64,000 nt of DNA from Candidatus Phosphitivorax anaerolimi (GCA_001896555.1 MPOS01000011.1:30223-94222), one strand, 5' to 3'; counted from the first letter of the stretch, positions 29,038 through 38,999 are shown. Program-made: numbers and translations. Notes: generated by a model not told the origin, from the letters alone.

Positions 29038-31851
29038 TCAGCTCAAAGAGAGGAGATACGATCTCAGGTTCGCCTTTTCTTTCTTCAGCCCCAGCTTGTC
29101 TCTGATGTTGTTCCGGTGGAACTCTACGGCACGCTTGGAAATGTTGAGCAACTCCGAGATTTCCTTGGTCGACTTGCCCTCGCGCACCAGGTTCGCCACC
29201 TGGATCTCGGTGGGGGTGAGATTCAGATATTGGGCGGAGAGCTTCTGGAGGAAGGGAGAGATGATGTCGCCCAGGCTCGATTCCAGGAGCTGCACGTAGG
29301 CGGCCTGCCTGTCGTCGAGCGAGCATGCCTTGAGCTTTTCCAGATAGGGCAGGGCCAGCTCCTTGATGTTGGACAGGACCTTTTCCTCGAGCTCCTTCTT
29401 GTCCTGCTCGCCGCGCTTGAGCAGCACCTTGAGCGCGGTGTTGGCCTCCTCGAGATTCAGCGACTTGAGCTGAAGCTCCTCTTCCTTGCGCATGAGCGTC
29501 TGCTCGGCCAGCTTGCGCTCCTCGATCTCCCGCTTCAGCCTGATGTTCGCCCGGACGAGCTCCTCGGTCCGCTCCTCGACCCGTTGCTCGAGGCTCTCGT
29601 AGGCCTTCTGCAGCTTCTGCTCGGTGAGCTTGCGCTCGGTGATGTCCACGAACGAGCACAGCAGGCAGATGGGCCTGCCGTTCTCGTCCTTCACCATGCT
29701 CGCGGAGAGCTGCACCGCGATGGGCGTCCTGTTTTTCTTGACCGCGATGATCTCCCCGAACCAGGTGCCCTTTGCGAGCACGGTCTGGAGAATAGCGTCC
29801 GCGTCTTCCCGGGACTGGGCGAAGGTGAGCGCCGACTTTCCCAGGACCTCGGACGGATCCTTGCCGCCCCACATGCGGAGAAAGGCATCGTTGACATAGG
29901 TGATGTTGCCCTGAAGATCGCCGATAGCGATGCCGTTGATGGATGACGAGATGGCAAAGTCCTTGACCCTGAGCTCCTCTTCCATCTTCTTGCGCTCGGT
30001 GATGTCCACGAACGAGTCCATCACGCAGATGGGCTCGCCCCTGTCGTTGTACACCATGCTTGCCGAGAGGTGGACCGTGATCGGCGAGCCGTCGCTCCGG
30101 AAGCCGGACACCTCCCCTGACCAGCTTCCCTTCTCCACCACGGCCTGGAATATCTCCAGGGCTTCTTCTTCCGACTGCGCCAGATCGAGAACCGACCTGC
30201 CCAGTACCTCGGAGGGGTCTTCAGCACCCCACATGGCCAGCGCCGCGTCGTTGACGTAAGTGATCTTCCCTTCCAGATCACAGAAACCGATGCCGTCGAT
30301 GGACGAGGCGATGGCGTTTTCCCTGACCCTGAGCTCCTCTTCCATCTTCTTGCGCTCGGTGATGTCAACGAACGAGTCCATCATGCAGATGGGCTCGCCT
30401 TTGTCGTTTTTCACCAGGCTTGCCGAGAGCAGGACCGTAATCGGCGAGCCGTCCTTGCGGAAGCCGGACACCTCGCCCGTCCAGCTTCCCTTTTCCACGA
30501 TGGCCTGGAAGATCTCCAGGGCCTCCTGCTCGGATTGCGCGAGGTCCAGCGCAGACCTTCCCAGCACATCGGAGAGATCGCTGTCTCCCCACATCTTCAG
30601 GGCCGCATCGTTCACATAGGTGATTCTGCCTTCCAGATCGGAAATTCCGATGCCGTTGATGGACGAGGCGATGGCGTATTCTTTTATCTGTAGATCCTCC
30701 TCCATCTTCTTGCGCTCAGTGATGTCCACGAACGAGTCCATCATGCAGATGGGCTCGCCTTTGTCGTTTTTCACCAGGCTTGCCGAGAGCAGGACTGTAA
30801 TCGGCGAGCCGTCCTTGCGGAAGCCGGACACCTCGCCGGTCCACCCGCCTTTCTCCAGAACGGCCTGATAGATTTCTATGGCCTCTTCCTCCGACTGGGC
30901 TAGACTGAGCGCCGAGGTGCCGATGACCTCGGACGCATCCGGGGCCCCCCACATCTTCAGGGCCGCGTCGTTGACGTAGATAATGTTGCCCTCCAGGTCC
31001 GATATGCCGATGCCGTTGATGGACGACGCTAGGGCATTGTTCCTGATGCGCAGCTCCTCCTCCATCTTCTTGCGGTCAGTGATGTCCACGAACGAGCACA
31101 TGATGCAGATGGGCTCGCCTTTGTCGTTTTTCACCAGGCTTGCCGAGATGAGCACGGTGAAAGGATCACCGACTTTCCTCTTTGCGTTGACCTCTCCCTC
31201 CCACCTGCCGCTGGTGCGGATGGTGTCGATAATATCGAGGATCTCCTCCTGTGACTGGGCGAAAATCATCGCAGGTTTTCCCAGGACCTCATCGGGCTTT
31301 CCGGCACCCCACATCTTCAGGGCCGAATCGTTTGCATAGGTGATGACGCCGTCGAGGTCGGCGATGACGATGCCGTTGATGGACGAGGCCAGGGCGCTTT
31401 CCTTGACCCGCATCTCTTCTTCCATTTTCTTGCGGTCGGTGATGTCCACGAATGAGCACATCATGCACACGGGCTCGTTCGATTCATTGCGGACCAGGCT
31501 GGCCGAGAGCAGGACGGTGACCGGCGAGCCGTTTTTCCGCCGGCCGTTGATCTCTCCCGTCCAGTCGCCTTTGCACAGCACGGTCTCCATGATCTCCAGG
31601 GCCTCCTGCTCGGACTCGGCGAACACGGTCACCGGCTTGCCGATGATCTCCGCTGGGTCGGTCCCGCCCCACATCATGACGGCTGCCTGGTTCACATAGG
31701 TGATGGTGCCCTGCAGGTCGCCGATCGCAATGCCGTTGATCGACGATGCGATGGCGAACTCCTTGATCCGCAGCTCTTCCTGGATATACCTGAGCTCGTC
31801 GATCTTGTCTTTCAGGGGCTTGACTTCCTCGCTCATGCGGCTCGGCGGCAT
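29038..31851 (-). CDS. LuxR-family transcriptional regulator with eight tandem PAS domains and a C-terminal GerE-type HTH.
   Basis: C-terminal TPTEIQVANLVREGKSTKEISELLNISKRAVEFHRNNIR. Eight repeats of about 120 aa, each ending DITDRKKMEEELR/DITERKKMEE. Confidence 0.85.
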   Translation of the reverse strand: MPPSRMSEEVKPLKDKIDELRYIQEELRIKEFAIASSINGIAIGDLQGTITYVNQAAVMMWGGTDPAEIIGKPVTVFAESEQEALEIMETVLCKGDWTGEINGRRKNGSPVTVLLSASLVRNESNEPVCMMCSFVDITDRKKMEEEMRVKESALASSINGIVIADLDGVITYANDSALKMWGAGKPDEVLGKPAMIFAQSQEEILDIIDTIRTSGRWEGEVNAKRKVGDPFTVLISASLVKNDKGEPICIMCSFVDITDRKKMEEELRIRNNALASSINGIGISDLEGNIIYVNDAALKMWGAPDASEVIGTSALSLAQSEEEAIEIYQAVLEKGGWTGEVSGFRKDGSPITVLLSASLVKNDKGEPICMMDSFVDITERKKMEEDLQIKEYAIASSINGIGISDLEGRITYVNDAALKMWGDSDLSDVLGRSALDLAQSEQEALEIFQAIVEKGSWTGEVSGFRKDGSPITVLLSASLVKNDKGEPICMMDSFVDITERKKMEEELRVRENAIASSIDGIGFCDLEGKITYVNDAALAMWGAEDPSEVLGRSVLDLAQSEEEALEIFQAVVEKGSWSGEVSGFRSDGSPITVHLSASMVYNDRGEPICVMDSFVDITERKKMEEELRVKDFAISSSINGIAIGDLQGNITYVNDAFLRMWGGKDPSEVLGKSALTFAQSREDADAILQTVLAKGTWFGEIIAVKKNRTPIAVQLSASMVKDENGRPICLLCSFVDITERKLTEQKLQKAYESLEQRVEERTEELVRANIRLKREIEERKLAEQTLMRKEEELQLKSLNLEEANTALKVLLKRGEQDKKELEEKVLSNIKELALPYLEKLKACSLDDRQAAYVQLLESSLGDIISPFLQKLSAQYLNLTPTEIQVANLVREGKSTKEISELLNISKRAVEFHRNNIRDKLGLKKEKANLRSYLLSLS
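29560..31720. repeat. Tandem array of about 360-bp direct repeats (about 6-7 units) encoding the PAS modules of the regulator. Units 30360-30720 and 30720-31080 are near-identical.
   Basis: Out-of-frame ORFs recur at 30260, 30620, 30980 and 31340 with near-identical translations. The protein segment GEVSGFRKDGSPITVLLSASLVKNDKGEPICMMDSFVDITERKKMEE is repeated. Confidence 0.8.
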
Positions 31852-31978
31852 GATGATCTCCTCCTGATAACAGTAATCATCGATGTATCGAGAATGACGA
31901 TAGTATCATATCTCCGGTCCAGGTATCAAATAAACTGCTCACATTTGATGCTGCGAAAAGAGGTTTTCTTAAATACTA

Positions 31979-32959
31979 TCAGAACGGGATCACCACGCCG
32001 ATGGAAAAGGTTGATATGATCTCCTGCTCGAACACACCAATCTTGACGGGATCTTCAGGGTTATACGAGGACATGTCGTCGCCCTCGTAATAGTCGGGGT
32101 CTCTGGTTTTGTACGACACCTCCAGCACGGGGTCGAAGTTGTCCAGATCATACATGGCCGCGCCGGCCTCCGCCACGAGTCTGATATTGTTCTTGAACGG
32201 GATATAGATCCCGGCAAAGACCTGCAGGAGCTGCCCGAACACGGTTTCGGAATCATCGAGCCTGATCCGGTATTCAGACCCCTGGTAAGACTGCTCTCTG
32301 ATCGCGTCGCTTTCCACCTCGCGCGTCGCCATGCAGAAACCCAGGCCCCCTCCGATATAGGGGTTGATCCTTTTTTTGTCTCCTCCGTGGTGCTCGTAGA
32401 CGATGTTGAATGAAAGGGGCACGATGTAGAGCGTGGTGTCGAGGTCGACTCTCCGGAGCAGCTCGGCGCTGGTGATGATGGCCTCTCCTTCACCGCGGTA
32501 GCTGCTGCCCAGGTTTTTGTCGTTGATGTCCTCTGCGGTGACGCCCGGCTCGTTGGAGCCGGGGAAGGTCTCTTCCGCCTCCATGATGATCGACTCCCGG
32601 TTGCTGCCCGTGTCCCACTCCCCCCTGAGCATGATCACCTCGAGCGAGGCGAGGAACGAGATCTTTTCCTTGATCTTTTTTTTCGCACCCAGCGAGACGG
32701 ACAGTCCGTAGTCGAGGAAATCACGGAAGTCGCTGTCGTACACCGCGAATGCGCCGCCGGATTTTATCGAGTAGGAGAAGGTCTGGTCGCGGGGAAACTG
32801 CTGTTTTCTGGGCGCCGACACCAGGATCTCTTCGTCCTGGGTGAGGGCTGCCTTCATGGCGGGAGACTCGGGATTTGCCGTGCGTGAGAGGTTTTCGGAA
32901 CTCCAGACAACGAGCGGAAACGCCAGGATAAAAACAGTGTATGCAGCTATACGGCTCAT
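31979..32959 (-). CDS. Hypothetical outer-membrane beta-barrel protein.
   Basis: Signal peptide MSRIAAYTVFILAFPLVVWSS. C-terminal FSIGVVIPF ending in Phe. Alternating hydrophobic pattern. Confidence 0.5.
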   Translation of the reverse strand: MSRIAAYTVFILAFPLVVWSSENLSRTANPESPAMKAALTQDEEILVSAPRKQQFPRDQTFSYSIKSGGAFAVYDSDFRDFLDYGLSVSLGAKKKIKEKISFLASLEVIMLRGEWDTGSNRESIIMEAEETFPGSNEPGVTAEDINDKNLGSSYRGEGEAIITSAELLRRVDLDTTLYIVPLSFNIVYEHHGGDKKRINPYIGGGLGFCMATREVESDAIREQSYQGSEYRIRLDDSETVFGQLLQVFAGIYIPFKNNIRLVAEAGAAMYDLDNFDPVLEVSYKTRDPDYYEGDDMSSYNPEDPVKIGVFEQEIISTFSIGVVIPF

Positions 32960-33382
32960 TATAACGATCCTTAAGGCCCTTTCTTTCATATGTGCTGCCT
33001 GGAAAAAACATCCTCACCCCCGGCTGCCGCAAGGGGATAACATGTGTTCGATTCACGAGTCATGCAAGAATTATTCCCTGCCATCTATTTCGCAGGAAGC
33101 GGATAAGACTTGACATTTTATCCATGAATCTTTCATGATCCGCAGCCTGAAAGAAAATAATTTCTCCTAAAGGGCAAAACCTTGCATATTCACAAGTGAC
33201 TGCCCTTGTGATCATATCTGTTGCAATGGCGGGGCAAAGATGATTAAATAAAACAGCCATAATGAGGTCCGCTCCCGTGATTGCTGCGTTTGTCTGTTAT
33301 GCAATGGATACTGATCCAGGTCTCATCTGCAGTCATCTCTGCCGAGCAGGACGGCGAGAACCTGTGTAGGAGGTTAGAACAT

Positions 33383-34354
33383 ATGAAGGGACACCGGATA
33401 TTCCCTCTTGTCGCGGCAATCTTCTTTCTGGCATGTGCGTGCGTTTCGTGTGAAAGCGGTTCAAGCAGCAGCGACCCCGGAGAGGTCCTGCCTCCGAGAC
33501 CATGGGATAACCCTATGCCCGATCCTTCAGACGATACGACATCCTCTAGCATGGAATTGATAGGGTCTTGGGTTGGGTATTTTCTTGCCGGTGACGACGA
33601 TGTATTTGACGATGTATTTAATTATAGCAACGAAAACGATAATCCCCTGGAATTTGATTTTGATGATGATGATCTTTTTGCAATAGGGATCATTACCCGG
33701 GAAAAAGAAGCAAGATTTATTGGAGATACGTCGCAGTTCGTATGTCCTGAAGGTTCATTGGGAGCAAGTAATATTGCTGGCATTAGAACTATATTCGGAG
33801 GATACTTTGACTATTATACGTGGAACACTCAGGGGCTCGAACCATACACCGCCAATGTGGAGCCTATCTCCATCTATGGAAATGCACTCTTTTCCATATA
33901 CTTTCTTGACGGCTTCTATTGGTATACTGACACACCGGAAGCCGACAGGGATTTCTGGCAATTCCAGTTCTTCAACTACACCACCACCGGGATATCCGCG
34001 GATATTGAAAAGATCGCGGGCCAGTGGAAGATCAGCGATGCGTTCTGGAAGGGCAACACCCTGACTTTCACCATAGAGCCCAACGAAGACCGTAGGAGCG
34101 CTACCATAACCGGCACCGACACTCATACCCCTCAAAATACCTTCGAGGGAACCATCATCGAGATACACTATGACGACACCGACTTGTACGATGTCTCGCT
34201 CAAGCTCAACGAGGAATTCGACCTGGAAGGCCTGGCGACCTATGTGTCCAGCTACGATAACCAGGGTATACACGCCGAGTCTTCCCTCGCCATCGGCGTA
34301 TCCGACGGGCAACGCATGGTCACCGGCCTGGCGGCGCCGGTGCCCGAGGAATGA
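33383..34354 (+). CDS. Hypothetical lipoprotein with an acidic low-complexity segment.
   Basis: RBS TAGGAGG 8 nt upstream. Signal peptide MKGHRIFPLVAAIFFLACACVSC. Acidic run DDDVFDDVFNYSNENDNPLEFDFDDDDLF. Confidence 0.55.
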   Translation: MKGHRIFPLVAAIFFLACACVSCESGSSSSDPGEVLPPRPWDNPMPDPSDDTTSSSMELIGSWVGYFLAGDDDVFDDVFNYSNENDNPLEFDFDDDDLFAIGIITREKEARFIGDTSQFVCPEGSLGASNIAGIRTIFGGYFDYYTWNTQGLEPYTANVEPISIYGNALFSIYFLDGFYWYTDTPEADRDFWQFQFFNYTTTGISADIEKIAGQWKISDAFWKGNTLTFTIEPNEDRRSATITGTDTHTPQNTFEGTIIEIHYDDTDLYDVSLKLNEEFDLEGLATYVSSYDNQGIHAESSLAIGVSDGQRMVTGLAAPVPEE

Positions 34355-34810
34355 CGCGCGGCAAGTGCTTCATTCACCGAGGATGCTTGCTATGTCTTTC
34401 TGTTGGTAATTATTTTAAGATATTGCCGGATGCTCTCTCGATCATGCCTCCGGTAGACCGTTTCGTCCCATCATTCTCTTCTGGGTGATGGATCTTCGCT
34501 CCCATCGACCAGGGAGGTCAGCACACCCCCTTTGAACAGTACGCCATCCGAGCGGCATGCCGGGGCTCCTCTCCTCGATCCGCTCAAGCGGATACCCCGG
34601 AGAGAGGGGCAGGGAGAGTTGTTTGCAAACCAGGGGTCTGCAAACCTGTCCCCCTACCGGAGAAACGGCGTATTTCCCGTGTTTCTGCCAGGAGGTACGA
34701 CCCCGGAATGGATGAAAATCTTTTCATTAATTCATGGAAAAATGTTTCTCTTTTTCCTTTCGTGTTTGAGAGCATAGATTATAACTAATTGAATTATAGA
34801 TAATTTTATA

Positions 34811-34826
34811 TGGCATGCTTATTGCT
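34811..34826 (+). promoter_or_regulatory. Sigma-54 (-24/-12) promoter TGGCAT-N5-TTGCT, upstream of the 34900 gene.
   Basis: TGGCATgcttaTTGCT matches the RpoN consensus TGGCAC-N5-TTGCW with GG to GC spacing of exactly 10 nt. It is preceded by an AT-rich tract. Confidence 0.55.
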
Positions 34827-34899
34827 GAATGGGTAGCCCATGGAGACCAGAGAAAGAGGCGTGCATCCAGAGCATATCTTATTCAATTCGGAGAGATCA

Positions 34900-35478
34900 A
34901 TGCGAGGTCGGATGTTTGTAGCGATTCTTCTTGCCCTGTGTCTGTTCTGTTCCCCCGCCCACGCCTGGATGTGGGAAGTCGGCGACGAGGTTCTGGCCGA
35001 GATAACCGGCGAAGGCTATTCCAGTTTTACCCTCGAAAACGAAGTCGCCCGTGCATACTTCAACATCACCACCACCACCTACACCGAGATCGATTCCCTG
35101 AAAATGGGTTACTACGACAACGGCACCGGATACGGGTGGGACGAAAACTGGGAAGGCGTATCCCTGGGTTCTGCCTCCGAGAGTCTCGTGTGCAAGGGCG
35201 TGTACATCGAGGCGGGTTTTTCCAACATGACAGACCCTGCCACCCGGCAACTCAATTTCGTCAGGGTGGGCACACCGTCCATGACAGGCCCCATCAGCGC
35301 AAACTTTATTTCGTTCAGCGGCCGCATCGAGAACCCCACGGACGGCGTTCTCGTGGACGGCAGCCGGCTGAATCTCGGCCAGAGAACGATCTACTGCAAC
35401 AATTCGGAGTTTTCCGTAACCCTGGACAGGACCTCCGGCTGGTGGTTCCACTGGGACAATGCAACGATTACCCCGTGA
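34900..35478 (+). CDS. Secreted hypothetical protein (193 aa) carrying the cluster-specific mature-N-terminal motif.
   Basis: Signal peptide MRGRMFVAILLALCLFCSPAHA, then WMWEVGDEVLAEITGEGYS. RBS GGAGAG. Confidence 0.6.
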   Translation: MRGRMFVAILLALCLFCSPAHAWMWEVGDEVLAEITGEGYSSFTLENEVARAYFNITTTTYTEIDSLKMGYYDNGTGYGWDENWEGVSLGSASESLVCKGVYIEAGFSNMTDPATRQLNFVRVGTPSMTGPISANFISFSGRIENPTDGVLVDGSRLNLGQRTIYCNNSEFSVTLDRTSGWWFHWDNATITP

Positions 35479-35737
35479 TATGAGCAGAGAGGAAAACTGA
35501 CAGGGAGTATGCATTCGGTTGTTTTGAATTGAAGTAGGGAGATCGAGTTCAAGGAGCATCTCCTTAGCCCCTGTGGTTTTGGTTATACAAAGTACCGTGA
35601 AAAGGGGGTGATGTGCTGGCAAACGTGAAACAGGAGAAATCGAAAAGCGTTACACCGTTAGGCATGAGTAGTTGGGTAAAAAACTAAAAAGCAAGTAACA
35701 GGCACCACAAAAAATAAATTTTTGGAGGCATTAAGTT

Positions 35738-36784
35738 ATGAAGAGAGTATTGACGTTTTTGGCTATCATGTTGCTGCCATTGTCCGTAATGGCAATGACA
35801 CCGGTTTCCGACCAGACCCTCTCCGATGTTACCGGCCAGGCCGGAGTCAACATCAATGCTGACCTTATGATGGACATCGCCATCGGCACCATGGCATGGG
35901 GCGATGCCGACGGTATCACTGCAAGCGGCAGCTGGCCTACCTGGGGCACCACTGCTGACGGCGGCTACGTGGGAGTCACCGGGTTCGACATTGACGGCCT
36001 GAGAATCAAGGCCCGCGAAACCGACACCTATCACGAATATGCGGCACCTGCACAGCTGAAGCCCATCACCATCGACGTTGCCACCGATCCAAACATCTAC
36101 GACGGAGCGACCTTTGTGCGGTTCGGCCTCGGCTCCCTCCAGATCACCATGGGCGCCCTCGACTTCGACGTGAGGCTCGGGACTGACGCGGCAACCCTCG
36201 CGGCTTCCGGCAACCTGCTCGGTGTTGTGAGCATCGGCGCCATGGGCATCTACATCGATCCCAAGAGCTATGTTGACATCTTCTCCGACGGCACCTGCGG
36301 CGTGAACATAGCCATGGACATCGAGATCGATCAGTTCAACATCGGCTACGTGTCCTGGGGCGACACCGACGGCGTGACCAACACAGGCATGGGCGCGATG
36401 CCCTGGATGGCTGCGGCTAGCGCCGGTTATGTCGGACTTGCCAACCTCGAGATCGGCGGCCCGATCACCGTCAGCGGTCAGCTGGCAATCGATGTCAACA
36501 CCGCCTATGCCGGCATCTACTCCCACGGCATAGTCGGGACCGATGCGGGCGCAGCCCCTGTGAGCGTTGTTCACATCCAGTTCGGCTCCGACGTCTACTC
36601 GGATCCCACTCTGGGCGCTGCTGACCTCTTCTCCGTACTCGTCGGCCCGATCACTGCCGAGGTGAAACTCGACGGCGTGGCAGCCCTGGACGGCGCCAAT
36701 GCCGGCACGCTGGGCGACATCTACATCAGCAGCTTCGGCCTCGACATCTATGGCGGCAGCTGGGTGGACATCTGGGCCCACTAA
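35738..36784 (+). CDS. Secreted protein, paralog A (348 aa). It carries the N-terminal LSDVTGQAGV motif, internally duplicated WGDxDG modules and the C-terminal SWVDIWAH.
   Basis: Signal peptide MKRVLTFLAIMLLPLSVMA, mature N-terminus MTPVSDQTLSDVTGQAGVNIN. The duplication WGDADGIT...GGYVGVTGFDIDG versus WGDTDGVT...AGYVGLANLEIGG. Confidence 0.7.
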   Translation: MKRVLTFLAIMLLPLSVMAMTPVSDQTLSDVTGQAGVNINADLMMDIAIGTMAWGDADGITASGSWPTWGTTADGGYVGVTGFDIDGLRIKARETDTYHEYAAPAQLKPITIDVATDPNIYDGATFVRFGLGSLQITMGALDFDVRLGTDAATLAASGNLLGVVSIGAMGIYIDPKSYVDIFSDGTCGVNIAMDIEIDQFNIGYVSWGDTDGVTNTGMGAMPWMAAASAGYVGLANLEIGGPITVSGQLAIDVNTAYAGIYSHGIVGTDAGAAPVSVVHIQFGSDVYSDPTLGAADLFSVLVGPITAEVKLDGVAALDGANAGTLGDIYISSFGLDIYGGSWVDIWAH

Positions 36785-36811
36785 TCAACTGCTGACTCAT
36801 GTGTAATCGAG

Positions 36812-36839
36812 AAAGGAGGGTTGGCTGCAACCCTCCTTT
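36812..36839 (+). terminator. Perfect 12-bp-stem hairpin AAAGGAGGGTTG-GCTG-CAACCCTCCTTT between paralogs A and B. Candidate partial terminator or mRNA stabiliser.
   Basis: Read from the sequence, 28 bp after the paralog A stop. There is no strong U-tract. Confidence 0.45.
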
Positions 36840-36898
36840 CTCTTCCAGGGAACATCATGCAATGCGGTGACAGGTGAGAATCGGAGGAAGAGAATTTT

Positions 36899-37924
36899 AT
36901 GAAGATAATGAAAAGCGCATCACTGGCCGTGCTGATCGTTGCGTTCCCGCTCTCCATGATGGCCATGACGCCGGTGCGGGATCACGATCTCTCCCAGGTG
37001 ATCGGCCAGGCCGGTGTGAGCATCAATACCGACATCATGATGAACATCGCCATCGACACCCTGGCATGGGGTGATTACGACGGCATTTTCGAAGGCGGCC
37101 ATCCCTCCTGGGGCACCACCGCTGACGGCGGCTATGTGGGACTGGCCGGGTTCGACGTCATCGGGCTCAGGATCAAGGCCCGCGAAAACGACACCTTCGG
37201 CGGGTATTCCGCTGCAGCGGACTTCAAGCCGATCACCATCGACGTCGCCTCCGACCCGACCTACAGCCTCTACAGCGGGTTCACCTTCGTGCGGTTCGGC
37301 CTCGGCTCCCTCCAGATCACCGTGGACCAGATGGACTTCGCGGTCTTTCTTGCAGCCCCCGGCGCCCCGGGCCAGGTGCTCGGCACGGTAAATCTCGGCG
37401 CGCTCGCCATGTACGTCAACCCGTGGAGCTACGTAGACATCTATAACAGCAGGCCGGGCAACCAGTGCGGGGTTTTCGTGACCATGAGCGTCGTGATCGA
37501 CCAGCTCGATATCGGCTATCTGTCGTGGGGCGACATTGACGGCGTGGCCAATGAAGGCATCGGCGCGATGAGCTGGATGTCAGATGGCGCGCAGGGAGCC
37601 GGCTATGTCGGGCTCTCCAACCTGCGAGTGTGGGGGCCCATCATCATGCAGGGAACGGTCGCCATCGATGTGACGACCTCGTATGAAGGCATCTACGCCC
37701 ACGGCTCGTTTGGGGACCCGGGCTGGGCCCCTGTGAGCGTTGTGCACATCGGGTTTCCCCAGGTATTCAGCCTGGATGTGGCGGGACCCATCACCGCCGA
37801 TGTGAAGCTGGACAGCTTCGCTTCCCTGAACAGTCCTGATGCCGGCACACTGGGCAACATCTATATCTCGGGACTCGGCATCGATATCCTGAACCGCAGC
37901 TGGGTGGACATCTGGGCGCACTGA
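36899..37924 (+). CDS. Secreted protein, paralog B (341 aa). A tandem duplicate of paralog A.
   Basis: Signal peptide, then MTPVRDHDLSQVIGQAGVSIN. Same WGDxDG modules and the identical C-terminus SWVDIWAH. Confidence 0.7.
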   Translation: MKIMKSASLAVLIVAFPLSMMAMTPVRDHDLSQVIGQAGVSINTDIMMNIAIDTLAWGDYDGIFEGGHPSWGTTADGGYVGLAGFDVIGLRIKARENDTFGGYSAAADFKPITIDVASDPTYSLYSGFTFVRFGLGSLQITVDQMDFAVFLAAPGAPGQVLGTVNLGALAMYVNPWSYVDIYNSRPGNQCGVFVTMSVVIDQLDIGYLSWGDIDGVANEGIGAMSWMSDGAQGAGYVGLSNLRVWGPIIMQGTVAIDVTTSYEGIYAHGSFGDPGWAPVSVVHIGFPQVFSLDVAGPITADVKLDSFASLNSPDAGTLGNIYISGLGIDILNRSWVDIWAH

Positions 37925-38114
37925 GCCCTCTCCGAGAGTCAAGCCCCGAGGCGCGGCACTGGTATAGATTCTTGAGGATGAAGATCAGGCTCTTGAGGCA
38001 GGGAAATTTTTCTTGCCTGTCTCAAGATAATGAGTGAATAGATCGAAGAGACAGTATGTGCAGAAAACAAGTGCAGGTTCGTATGGAGCGGCGGGAATGA
38101 AAGGAGATAAAGGT

Positions 38115-38999
38115 ATGAGCCCTGGCAGGAAAGGATACCGTCTTTTTTCCCGGCATTTCGCACTGTTTGCTCTTTTCGTTTTCTTTCTCCCCATTTCCGC
38201 TCCGGCTCAGATGAGCCGGCTGAGCGATGACGAGCTCTCCGAGGTGAGCGCCCGCTCGGGCATCACCTATGTGATCGGCGATTCACAGCTGCGCGTCTAC
38301 GCCGACTCATACCGGGTCTCCGACACAGATCACACCCCGCGCCACTGGATCGAGCTCAACGATTTCACCGTCGATGACGGCCAGGGCGGCTACTTCTCCA
38401 TGAACACCCCCGCTGACTACGACGACTTCAACACCCTCGACATCGGCACCACCGGCGAGGGGGATACGTATATTTTCATGAATCTTTCCACTCACGTAGA
38501 GCCGAGGACCTACACTGTCGGGAACTTCGTCTTCTGCGACCAGGACCTGGGCGGAATCAGGCTGGAAAACCTCAGGAAGGGGACTTCGGACACGTTTATC
38601 ATAGGCCCCCACGGCGATGGGATGTCCGGCATCGACATCGAGTATCAGACAGAGATCACCATCGACTCTCTGCAGTACACCTACAATACCCAGCCCGAAT
38701 CGCTCAACCTCACCGGCATCCGATTTGCCGGCAGCGCGCTCGGTGCGCCGGAAGATCCGTCATCCTGGATCTTTTCGGGAAAGTTCAAGTTCGGCGATCT
38801 TGCGAACAACAGGCCTGTGACCATTGATGTCGGTACCTATGATGACGGTGCTGTCACGTCGACCTCGGTGTTCTACAACGCACCCATGTCCGGCAGCATC
38901 CGGGTGGAAAACGTGGATTTCGGAGGGAACCAGTTCGGCCCCTGCGCCATCGACGGCATAACCGTTCATCATCTCGGCATCCAGATACCCGGTAATTGA
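38115..38999 (+). CDS. Secreted hypothetical protein with a related mature-N-terminal motif (protein C).
   Basis: Signal peptide MSPGRKGYRLFSRHFALFALFVFFLPISAPA, then QMSRLSDDELSEVSARSGITYVIGD. RBS AAAGGAGATAAAGG. The stop overlaps the next gene. Confidence 0.6.
   Translation: MSPGRKGYRLFSRHFALFALFVFFLPISAPAQMSRLSDDELSEVSARSGITYVIGDSQLRVYADSYRVSDTDHTPRHWIELNDFTVDDGQGGYFSMNTPADYDDFNTLDIGTTGEGDTYIFMNLSTHVEPRTYTVGNFVFCDQDLGGIRLENLRKGTSDTFIIGPHGDGMSGIDIEYQTEITIDSLQYTYNTQPESLNLTGIRFAGSALGAPEDPSSWIFSGKFKFGDLANNRPVTIDVGTYDDGAVTSTSVFYNAPMSGSIRVENVDFGGNQFGPCAIDGITVHHLGIQIPGN

Noticed and set aside
28958-29872. A 304-aa ORF on the minus strand, overlapping the PAS-LuxR gene in another frame.
   Set aside because: Extremely Arg/Gly/Ala-rich low-complexity translation. 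It is a GC-rich alternative frame of a clearly conserved PAS-HTH gene.
35684-36781. A 365-aa minus-strand ORF antisense to secreted paralog A. A similar one at 37580-37942 is antisense to paralog B.
   Set aside because: The plus-strand genes have signal peptides, RBSs and paralog conservation. The antisense translation is Gly/Asp/Ala low-complexity.
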